Source of the DNA: Takakia lepidozioides | Taxonomy: Eukaryota; Plantae; Bryophyta | Direction of reading: 5' to 3' | DNA: 64,000 bases | NCBI GenBank assembly: GCA_030704615.1 | Contig: CM060733.1 | Coordinates: 68,696,001-68,760,000 of the forward strand | Shown here: in pieces, positions 50,076-61,065 of the stretch | Layout of the letters: every line of letters begins with the position of its first letter | Numbering within the stretch: position 1 is the stretch's first letter | The notes under the pieces: generated by a model | The model's database searches: none | The model's input: the letters and a program-made list of their open reading frames with translations, nothing else | Told to the model about the DNA's origin: nothing | Position numbers and translations under genes: made by a program

Positions 50076-50420
50076 TGCGACCACCCCCCTACGACCACCC
50101 CCCTGCTGGTGGTCGCATCTATTAAAGAAAAGGAAAATAGTGCGACCACCAACAGGTGGTGGTCGCACCTATTTGTTTTAAACAAAATTTCTGCGACCAC
50201 CCCCCTGCTGGTGGTCGCGCTATTAAAAAAAAGAAAAATTATGCGACCACCTCCCTGCTGGTGGTCGCACCTATTAAAAATAAAAAAATCTGCGACCACC
50301 CCTTTGCTGGTGGTCGCACCCATTAAAAAAAATAAAAAATCTGCGACCACCCCCATGCTGGTGGTCGCACATAATAAAGAAAAGAAAAAATGATGCGACC
50401 ACCCCCTGCTGGCGGTCGCA
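50076..50420. repeat. Third GCGACCACC/GGTGGTCGC hairpin array
   Basis: About 7 hairpins with A-rich spacers and a ~50-bp period, followed by a TATA-like TTATAAGG. Confidence 0.85.
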
Positions 50421-50578
50421 GCTATTACTAGCGTGCGCAGTCATGATGATAGCGCGCGCCCCGAGTGTGGAGGGGGGGCTTATAAGGCCTTGGAGGCCAT
50501 TCTCTCCCTCACTTTCTCCACACCAGGACTTGGTGGGTCTTAGAGGACTGTCTGGGACTTAGACACTTATACGGGATC

Positions 50579-51390
50579 TGTAGGGTACCCTTAATTTTTG
50601 CACAGACTGAGATCAACAGGAGCCTTAGGGGTGACAGCAGCACACTGTAAAAGGGGGTTACACAGTCCATCACAGCCAACACAGCCCGTCACAGTCGTCA
50701 CAGCCAACACAGCCATCACAGCCAACACAGCCCGTCACAGCCGACACAGCCACATAGCCAGTCACAGCCCGACACAGCCAAACACAGTCGCACAACCAGT
50801 CACAGCCCATCACAGTTTCACACAGTCAGTCACAGCTTGACACAGCTGTCACGACCATAGGGAACGGAGAGCAGGACAGGGAACGACTGTGGGGAACAAC
50901 ACCTGCAAATGGAACATGTTAGTTCACGAACGACGGTTAGTGAGGGAAACGGTTAGAGCCACGGGTAGGAAGATAAAGGGAGAAGCAAGGACTGAGAAGG
51001 GGGGATTATTCTTGGAAGCACGTCAGGGGGAGGACTTCTTGGTCAGGGAAGAGAGGGGATCGGGCGGAGAGCAAGAACAGAAGCAAGCATGGAGAGCACG
51101 GTGAAGGAGGAGAGATGATTAGCAGATGCTTGTTATATGCAAAGCTGTAGTGATATTGTAAAGCAGATTAGAGACACAATGGTTTCGGCCTGATACCTGA
51201 TAAATCATAATCTGATACTTATACGATACAATCACACTGTGTAGAGAGATCTGAGTGAAGCTGTGGAATGAATGGATGAGTTGAAGGAATCCGATAGATT
51301 GATGAAGCAAACTGATACTTAATTATCAATGGTAAGGTAGCTAACATGAATGTGGAAAGGGAAACAAATAGGAAACACCCCCATGATACA
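50579..51390 (+). repeat. Putative 5' LTR with CACAGC repeat cluster
   Basis: Starts TGTAGGGTACCC, ends CCCCATGATACA; CACAGC repeats at 50660-50850. No second LTR in the window to confirm the ends. Confidence 0.6.
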
Positions 51391-51403
51391 CTAGCTGTAG
51401 GTC

Positions 51404-54400
51404 ATGACTGATTGTTCTGAGCGGGCTGAGTACTTAGAGATTTCCAACTCTTCTATCTTGGAGTTTCCGCCTCGGATAGCAAAGGGATGGGTGAGTAAAA
51501 GCCGCGTGACATTTGGCGACCATACTGGGGAACTGAGTCATGAACAACCAGATGTGACAGGCATCTGGTGGGATCATGGTGATTGGACCATTAAAGAATT
51601 TGAAGTGAATCAAATTCCCTGTGGAACGAAGGAAGAAAGATTGTCCAAACAATTCTTTCAAAGGTTCTTGGAATTGCCAGACGGTTATAAAAGAAAATAT
51701 TCTTAAGCGAGTGCATGATGCTGATCCGGAATGGGGTCTGGAGAAAGGAGTGATAAAGATTTATCAGGTAGCCTGTAGAGGAAGAGCACGTTGGTTACCA
51801 ACGTTGGTTTATGTGATAGCATTGCTATCCATTAAGCGAGTAGAGTTTGAAGGCTGGGAAGAAAGAAAAGTGAATGTTTATACTCATATGCATGAAGAGC
51901 TTGTACTGGTAAAGAATTGGATTCCAAAGGATATTTTGTGGATCAAACTCACACCAAGAATAGCTTTCCAGACTTGTTTGCCATATGGTTATATGGTAAC
52001 GGAGACTTCAAGTATAGCCAAGGGTGCATTGAAGCTTGAAAGAAACCCAGACATATACGAGAGATATTACAGAAGAGAGTTTTGGTTATTGCCACATTAA
52101 AAAGAAATGAAAGACATAGTGATGAAAGAGAAGCTAGACGCCAGAGATATTCAGCAAAAAGAGAAAGCTATCTGAAAGCTAATTATCCATATCTTTGGGA
52201 GAGAGGAATAGACATAGGGGAATCATCTGGACCTCTCACACCATTAAGATCAAAGAGTACATCACCCATACCGGAAGAACTAGAGTTGGATGCCACTCCT
52301 TCTGTTTCTTTGCAAGAAAGATTAAGGGAATTGGTACAGGAAGAAGATCAATCACGAGGTGAAAGATCTGAGGTACATCCCTGGATAAAAGATTTGACAG
52401 AAATCTTTGATAAGAGTTGGCATGGAACACCAAAAGCAGGAACTCCAGTTTCTGAAGCGGAAGGTGAAGAAGGAGGAGAGGATGTGGCAGAGCCTACGGA
52501 GAGCTCAGACTCTCCAACACCATTACAGTTGAGTTACATGAGTGAAGAAGAAACCCAAGGGCAGAACTTGGAGGATGAAAACAGAGAGAAGAAATTGGAA
52601 GAGAAAGAATATGAAGAAGTAGACCCAACAGCTGAGGTTGAGACTACAACCAGGACATCCCAACCCGTTGGACCGGGATCAAGTGGAGCACTTGGATCAC
52701 AGGCCAACGAAGGTGTCGGCTCAGGGGGATCAGGTGGGCGGCCTGGATCTGGCTCTGGGGGGACAGGGAGTGTGGGAAGTAGTGCAACTGAAGCTGGGAA
52801 TACTGTAAATATCGTGGGGCCAGAAGCAGGGAGTGCTCAAGGGCCACCACTTGGTGCAAGATCCACCACAAAAACAACAGGTCCAGAAGGACCAGCACCA
52901 GCAAGGGTGCCAGCACCTGTCAGTGGGCAGAAGGTAGGGCCACAGATGGCGTTACAACCAACACGGGCAAAACCACCCTTTCCAATATATTCAGGAAAAG
53001 GGGATCCCGATGTACACAGTACCCAATTTGAGCACATGTGTATAGTGAACAATGAGAATGGCGATGATGCCAAGATGAGATTGTTTCCTTGTTCACTTAT
53101 CAAGAAAGCAAGTGAATGGTATGCAAGATTCCCTGATAATCATTTCCTAACCTGGAATGGCTTGAATACAGCATTCCGAAATAGGTTCAGGACAAGTAAA
53201 ATTGAGGATGAAGTGTATGGAAGTTTACAACAGTTAAAGCAAAAGAAGCATGAAACTGTTGAGGAGTATATGGAAAAGATGGAATTGATGATGAAAAAGC
53301 TGGCTGCAGTACCAACACCAGGTTTACAGAAGACTTGGTTTGTGAGTGGACTAAGACCAGAGTTGCAAAAGAAAGTGGATATGTTACCCCATAATATAGT
53401 GGAGGAGGCATTTGAAACTGCAAACAGAATTGAGCAATTGGGAATGCTCAGGAGAGAGAAAAAGGATGATGAGGACTCTGAGGATGAGTCAAATGAAGAA
53501 GAAGAGCAGGAACTAAAAAGGAGGAGTAAGAGAAAGGAGAAGCTGAAGAGGGATAACTATGAAAAAAGATTGGAAGAAATCTTGAAGAAGTATGCCACAG
53601 AGGCTGCAACACATTGGAGGAAGGGTGTTTGGTGTGCAAAATGCCAGAATGAAGGCCACACCACTACTGAATGCCACATGAAGGAGAAACACTGTACTAT
53701 CTGTAAAATGGATAACCATTCTACTGAGAATTGTTACTACAACAGAAGGACAGCTGCAAGAGAACCTAGGCAAGTAAGGGTGCATCAGGTGCAGCCCCAG
53801 CCAAGAAGAAACAATGATCAGGACCACTATGGTAGGTCTGGTGGTTATAACAATGGCATGGAAGGGAGAGGTAATTCAAGAGGGAATTACCAAGGAAATT
53901 CTAGAGGCAACTATCAGGGTAATCCAAGGGGGAATTACCAGCCCGGGAATCAGGATTATAGAAATAATCCAAGAACAGACCAAGGGCGAGGACCCAATGG
54001 TGAAGAACTATGTTACTATTGTAATCAGCCAGGACATCGCAGGGCAGCCAGTTCATTCTGGATAAGACACCAGAATGAGATGAGAGCTCCTGTGAATGAG
54101 GGCCCAGTGGTGGCAGCTCACATGGTTAGGCCATGTGTTGTGCCAGAAGTAAGTACAATGATAGTAACAAGAAGTAAAGCCAAACTAATACCTCCAGTAG
54201 TAGAGGAAGAAGATGATAATGAAGGTGGCAATGATATGCCTGAAGATGAAGAGACTTGGAAAGATGAGAAGGAACTGCACAAGGAAGTGGCAGATACTAT
54301 AAGGGAAATGCAGAAGAGTACTGATATTCCTGTGGCAGATTCCTCTGATTCTGATGGAGAAGAAGAAGGGAGTGAGGATGAAAGGAAGAAAGAAGATGCA

Positions 54401-57400
54401 GACATGCAAAGTAATGAAGAGACTTTGGCTGAAGTAATATGCCAGACCAAAGCAGAAATTACCATTGGACAGCTATTGGCTGTGGCACCTTATTGTAGGC
54501 ACAGGCTGTATCAAGCAATCAATCGAATTGCCCAGGAGACAGGAAACACAGACCTGAACAGCAAGGTGACCAGTTATAATGTGAAGCCGGAAGGGCGAGA
54601 AACAGTCATGGACTTTGATGATTCTATGCCAGTAATCCAATTGATAATTGGAAGCACAGAACTAACTGATGTACTGATAGATGGAGGCTCTGGAGTAAAT
54701 ATCATGACAGACCAATTAAGGAAGAAGCTTGGTCTAAGTAACATGAAACCAGCCCCATTTACAGTAACAATGGCAGATCAAAGAAGTGTACAGCCATTGG
54801 GATTGATAAGAGGAGTTAAGATACAGATACAGAAGATGATCTTTATGATCACAGTAACTGTGTTGAAGATGGATGAAGTCATGGAGGCTTACTCCTTATT
54901 ATTGGGACGTCCGTGGCTGAAACAGGCCAGGGTATTCCATGATTGGAATTCTCAGTTACTAACCGTGCATAATGGGATACACGAGATACAAATTACCACA
55001 AAGAAATCTAGTAGATTACCTGCTACAAGAAGACCTCGAGGAGTCAGAGAGTATGACTGGAGAGGAGGACTGAATGAGGAGCAGGAAGCTACCCTATTTG
55101 CTGCACACCCAGAGTGGGAGCAGGTTGCAGAGATGCGGCTGGAAAGCCTAAGTTGTTTAAGAGGTATCTGCTGTGGTGTAGTGACAGCAACACCAACTGA
55201 AGAGGAAACCAGCAGTTACCCATCACATTTCTATGAAGAAAGAGAAGGAGAAATGGAAATCCTAGAGGAACCAGCCACTGTGAGCTTACAGGATGAAGTG
55301 GTGACTGGTTGGACAATCACAGCTGAAGAGCAGGTGAGGGAAGTGAATGTGGTAACTAAAGAGGAACCGAGGATGGTGAAAGTAAGAGCTGATTTGGAGC
55401 CGGAATTCTTTGAAGAAGCTAAAAGCTTGTTCATCAAATACAGAGATGTATTTGCTTGGAGCTATGAGGATCTAAAAGGGATACCACCTGAAGTCTGTCA
55501 GCATAAGATTGAACTGGAACCAGGGGCAGTACCAATCAAGCAGGCAAGGTACAGAATGAATCCCAACTACGCATAGAAGGTTGGAGAAGAGATTAAGAAG
55601 TTGGCTGAGGCTAAGTTTATATACCCAATAGAGTATACAACTTGGTTGTCACCCATTGTTATAGTCCCCAAGAAGAATGGTAAACTAAGAGTATGTGTGA
55701 ACTACAAGAAGCTGAATGCTTGTACGAAGAAAGATCATTTCCCTTTGCCATTCACAGAAGCAGTATTAGACACTGTGGCAGGCCATGAGATGTACTCATT
55801 CATGGATGGCTTCAGTGGTTATAATCAAGTGCAAGTGGCAAAAGAAGACCAAGGAAAAACGGCTTTCATCACAGACTGGGGGGCTTATGCATACAAAGTC
55901 ATGCCCTTTGGACTTTGTAATGCACCAGCGACCTTTCAGAGAGTGATAAGTGAATCTTTTCATGAGTATCTGGATGATTTCATGCAAGTGTTCTTGGATG
56001 ATTTCAGTGTGTACAGCTCTAAGAATGAGCACTTACATAAATTGGAGTTATGTCTGGCCAGATGCAGGATGAGAGGTCTGGGCCTGAATCCAGAGAAGTG
56101 TACTTTCTGTGTGAACTCAGGGGTGCTTCTGGGACACATTGTGTGTAAGAAGGGACTTCTTGTGGATCCCAGAAAGACAGAGTCCATTAAAGCCTCTCCA
56201 CCACCAGTGAATGTTAAAAGTCTAAGGAGATTCCTTGGGCAAACCAGTTATTACAGAAGATTTGTCAAAAGGTATGCACAAATAGCAGCACCATTGAGCA
56301 AGCTTCTGAAGAAAGATGCAGTGTTTGCCTGGACAGCTGAATGTCAGCAGGCGTTTGAGGAACTTACCATGTCAGTAACAACTACACCTGTGCTGATTAA
56401 CCCTCACTGGCATGTAATATTTCATGTTCACTGCGATGCATCAGGAGAAGCGTTGGGAGCGGTGTTAGCCCAGAATGTTACAGGAAATATAGATTCACCT
56501 GTGTACTATGCTAGCAGGCTGATGAACAGTGCTGAAAGGAACTATAGCACAACGGAAAGAGAAACATTGGCAATGATCTATGCAGTGAAGAAATTCAGGC
56601 ATTACGAATACACGGAACAGGTACATAATTACAGCCACTGATTATACTACGAAGTGGGTGGAAGCTAAAGCTTTGAGGGACAACTCAGCCAAGTCCACAG
56701 CAAGGTTCCTGTATGAGAACATACTTACACGATTTGGCTGTCTCTTAGAATTTATCAGTGATCAGGGAAGTCACTTCATGAATGAGACCATTGAGTTGTT
56801 GACTAAAGAGTTCATGATTGTGCATAGAAAGAGTACAACATATTACCCACAGGGTAATGGGCAGGCAGAGGCTACCAACAAAATACTATGTACTATCTTG
56901 GCTAAGATAGTCAATGCAAACAGAACGGATTGGGATACAAAGCTGCTGACAGCTTTGTGGTCATGCAGGACTTCATATAAAGTCACCACTAAGTATACAC
57001 CATTCCAATTAGTTTATGGTATGGAAGCCTTACTTCCAGTGGAATTCCTGTTACCTACCATGAAAATGGAGTGGGGAAAGAGAATGGAATTGCAAGATTC
57101 CATTAAGGTCAGGAAACATGAATTATACCATGTGGAAGAAGTACGTGCTGATGCAGCTGATAATATGACCAGAATTCAGATGAAGAGAAAGGAACAGTTT
57201 GATGAAGGCAAGTTTAAGACTTTTAAGACGGGGGATTTGGTTCTATGGTTGCAGAAGAAAGGAAAGATTAAAGCTTCTAAGCTTAAATCACCCTGGAAAG
57301 GACCTTATGTCATACAAAAGATGTATGATAACAACACCGCCATGTTACAAACCATTAACAAAGAGATGCTGGGAAGAGTCAATGCCAATAAGTTCAAGGG

Positions 57401-57578
57401 ATACAGTGGTATCCATGACAAACCATTACAGCATGATTTGCATGTTGAAACGCAAGAGCAGTCACGAGCTGCGCCAGTGTTACCAACGGAGTATGGAGCA
57501 CTTGTCGCTAGGCCAAGCATATATGACCAGGGCGGACAGAACAAACGTGACACAGTCTATTACAGCCTATCAAGGTGA
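51404..57578 (+). pseudogene. gag-pol with long N-terminal extension, disrupted
   Basis: Frameshifts at ~51700 and ~52085, stop at 55574, and a deletion joining KFRHY to RNRYIITATDY at ~56607. Confidence 0.88.
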
Positions 57579-57880
57579 AACACAGCCTATCACAGCACAT
57601 CAAGGCGAAACACAGCCTATCACAGCCCATCACGACGTGACACAGCCTATCACAGCCTATCAAGGCGAAACACAGCCTTACACAGCCCATCAAGGCGAAA
57701 CACAGCCTATCACAGTCCATCACAACGTGACACAGCCTATCACAGCCCAGCACGGCGCAACACAACCTATCACAACCTACCACCGCGTGTCACAGCCTAT
57801 CACAGCTTACCACAGTGCATCACAGCCTATCACAGCGTACCACAGTATGACACAGCCTGTCACAGCTCAACACAGCCTAC
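57551..57880 (+). repeat. 30-bp minisatellite (11 units, 10-bp sub-period, CACAGCCTAT)
   Basis: CACAGCCTATCACAGCCCATCAAGGCGAAA-type units directly after integrase. Confidence 0.92.
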
Positions 57881-58589
57881 TAGGATTACACGATCCATAG
57901 AATCAGTGACAGGTGGGCGCACAATAACTTTAGGAAAATGGTTGACAGAAGAAAGGACGGAAACCAGTTTAAAAATGGACACGTGGAAGTCAGGGCGCGA
58001 CACACAGCTGAGAAGGAAGTGCAAGAACAGGTGTCATCAAGAAAGAAGACAAGAATGGCCGTCAAAATACCTAATCAGCGCGTCAAATTGGATGAAATTC
58101 GGGCCCATTAATGAATACGGTAAAAGGGGAACGGAACAAAGGGCAAGTACAGAAAAGCGAAATTCTTGTCACAGGTGTGATCCTAGTGGACTATCCAGCA
58201 GGGAAAGTCCACTAAAGAAAATGAAATCTAAAATCCAGTCACAGCGGTTACAACCAATAGAAAGCCAGAGAAATGATCAAGAAATTGGAGGGAAATTAAG
58301 CGCAAGAGGCGGCGTCGTTCTGAGTAACGGGCGTCTCGACGGGACAGACCATCAATGTTATAGCTTGGAAACTATGGAGGAACTAACAGACTATACGCTC
58401 GCAATATTACTTACGCAGTGGCATAGACACGAAAGAACAGAGCGGAGCTTTTCTCTTGAGCGATGCTTGCAAGCCCCGCAGGCTTACAAGAAAGTACCCA
58501 TAGCTTTTTGTGGCAACCATACGTTTATGCTTTGTGCACTACATGCATTTCTGCAGTTGTTACAGCCAAAATATTTCTGTGGGTCTAAA

Positions 58590-61065
58590 ATGAAGAGAGT
58601 GAGAGGAATGGAGGAAATCAGGGTGAAGAGCACCACAATTCTGCAGAAACAAACGATTGCTACCCCACAGGCGATACAGATACTGAAGGAGCTGAGATTG
58701 CAAGGATTGCAAAGCATAGATTGGACATTGCACCATAGACAGTACATGTTACAATTCTTGCAGAACTTTGAGCCAAGGACATGAACAACAACGGTGAAGG
58801 GAGTTGAATTAGTAATTACTCCCCTATACCTCCAGCAATTGTTTCGATTGCCAGCAGGTCAGGTGCATGTGGAGGAGCACAGGGCAAGACTACAAATAGG
58901 GGACTTATTCCAAGAAGGGAGTTTCTTCAAAACTCAGGGTTATGCTTGTACCAAGGCCGTGTACCCAAGGCTAAAGGAGGTAGGCCAGGTATTGAACGTT
59001 CTGATTGCCATGAAACAGAACCAACAGTATTTGAGCAGATCCTTCACGGAGGAAATACTCAAAGTCCTGAAAGGACAAGAGGTAGAATGGGCGGACATAA
59101 TGTACAACGCACTGGTAGAGGAGATGAAAAGATTACAAGGTACTACCGCAAAGTCTCCTATCATAGTGTCTGGCCAAATCATTGCTCAAATAATTCTTGA
59201 TTCTGGCATATTTGATGCGCAAGAAAGAAAGGAGATGGGAGTGTTTGAGCCAAAAACCACTGCAATGGAAGAGCAAGGCTCTTCACACAGTGAGGGTGGA
59301 CTAGCAGGGCAACCCGAGACTAAGAGGCAGAGACGGGGAAAAACTGTAGTGGCGGATCCACTGGCTTCACGGATTCCGCATGATAATGTTTCCCAAGCTC
59401 ATGTGCAGGAAGGGGCACAGCAGCACAGAGAACTGCTATTACTGGAAGCAGGACCTTCAGAGAGGGAGGAGGAAGTTACTTCAGTATCACAACCATCACA
59501 GCCAGCTGATCGGCTTGTCACAAGGTTACAAGTTGTCCATGCAGCTCAACCAGAAATAATTGATTTGGAAAAAGAAGGGTTAGATATTCCAACTACAGAA
59601 CAGATAGTGGCAGAAATTGAGAAGGGGGACCTTCTCTATGAATATTCTGGTCTGGTCAAGGAGACAGAGATTCCAGAGGTGCAACAGTTGCCCAAGGGAA
59701 ATCCTGAGGTGCATATAATACACACACCTGTGTCGGAGGTACCACAGGTAGAATGTCAAGACACTGCAGCACCAGTGATGGATGAAGTAGTTCAGGAAGA
59801 AAATCCGGTGGGGCAATGGCCTGAGTGGTTCGTGAGACATCACACGGTTGAGGATCAGGAGGAACAGCAGCAACCTCACTATGATGACCCTCAACAGGCA
59901 ATGCTGATGAGTTCCATAGGCATGACACTTAATTTGTTGGGGACTTATGTCAAATCCCATGTTCCAACTACCCAATTGACAGCCTTGAGAGAGGAACTCA
60001 GGAAGGAGTTTGAGGCTCGACTAGCCACTGAGTGTGCAAACAAGGTCGATGAGGAGGTCACTCTCAAGATGCAGCAGGACTTGCAAAATACAAAAGCGGC
60101 TTTGCAATTGGCCAAGGAACAATTGATTGAGGCAGGCCTCGCGCAAGACCAGTCGCACGAAGCACATAAGCAACAGCTATACCAAATGCAGGTGCAGCAT
60201 GAAAACAAGTTGCAAGAAGTGAATGCACTACATACGGAGTTGCAGACAGTGCATGACAGGATGGCGATACAATGTGCTACATTCACAACTATGCTTGACC
60301 AATCTACAAAAGAAATAAACAGTCAAGCGGAAAAATGTACGAAGGCAGAACAAGAGAATGTTGAGCAAATGAAACTCATTGTCGATATGAAGAATACAAT
60401 CTGTCGCAATGAGGATACTTTCAAGCAATACAGGCAGGTTGAAGCTGACCAAGAGAAGTACATCCTGGAGTTGCAACAAACGCTCGTGGCCAATAGAAAT
60501 GAAATCTCGGTCACTAACAAGGCTTGGAGGGAAGCTAATAATCTACTTGCTGCCTATGCAAATTTGGTTGAACCTCATCCGAAGCGCATGGAGGCTTTAC
60601 AACAGCAGTTAGAAGTGTACAAACTCAGAGAGGAGCACACTCTCAGAGGAACCACAAGCAACTTGGTGGATAACAGCCTTATACAGGTCTGGTTAGCACA
60701 AGGGCCAGTGGAGGGCAAAGCACCACGAAAGCTCACCCAAAGCGAAATGAATGAGCTCAGACTGCAAGTGCAGAACATTGCCACAACTACTATAGACAAT
60801 GTCTATAGTAGGATAGCAGAGTTACAGGAGGATGTAGACGGACTGCAGACTCAAGTGGAGGACCTCACTTCAAATATCGACAAAAGAGTCTATATCCCTC
60901 AGGAACAGCTAATGGCTTCTTATTTACAAGCTAGAACTTTGGCTTTTCAGTCTTCACAGGAGGTGCGGGAGATGCCAATGATACAAGAGCCAGTACCACT
61001 AACACCACAACAAGTCACTGTACCAGTAGCTGAACCTGTTGTTACTACAACCACACCACAGCCAC
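58590..61065 (+). pseudogene. Gypsy accessory 3' ORF (plant-transposon-protein-like N-terminus plus long coiled coil), truncated by MULE copy 2
   Basis: One frame from ATG 58590 with a single TGA at 58782; VKGVELVITPLYLQQLFRLP...VEWADIMYNALVEEM; Q/E/L-rich heptads at ~59980-60860. Confidence 0.75.

Larger units (their letters stand above)
50579..61065 (+). mobile_element. Non-chromovirus Ty3/gypsy LTR retrotransposon (Phygy-like); 3' LTR outside window
   Basis: Putative 5' LTR 50579-51390 (TGTA...TACA). Then gag with three CCHC-type knuckles, protease LIDGGSG, RT (YRMNPNYA, WLSPIVIVPKKNG, VFLDD), partial RNase H, integrase (ISDQGSHF, PQGNGQAE, WKGPY) with no chromodomain, and an extra 3' ORF. 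Confidence 0.9.

Noticed and set aside
57199-57900. 233-aa ORF with TQPITAHQGE repeats
   Set aside because: This is a translation of the 30-bp minisatellite overlapping integrase out of frame.
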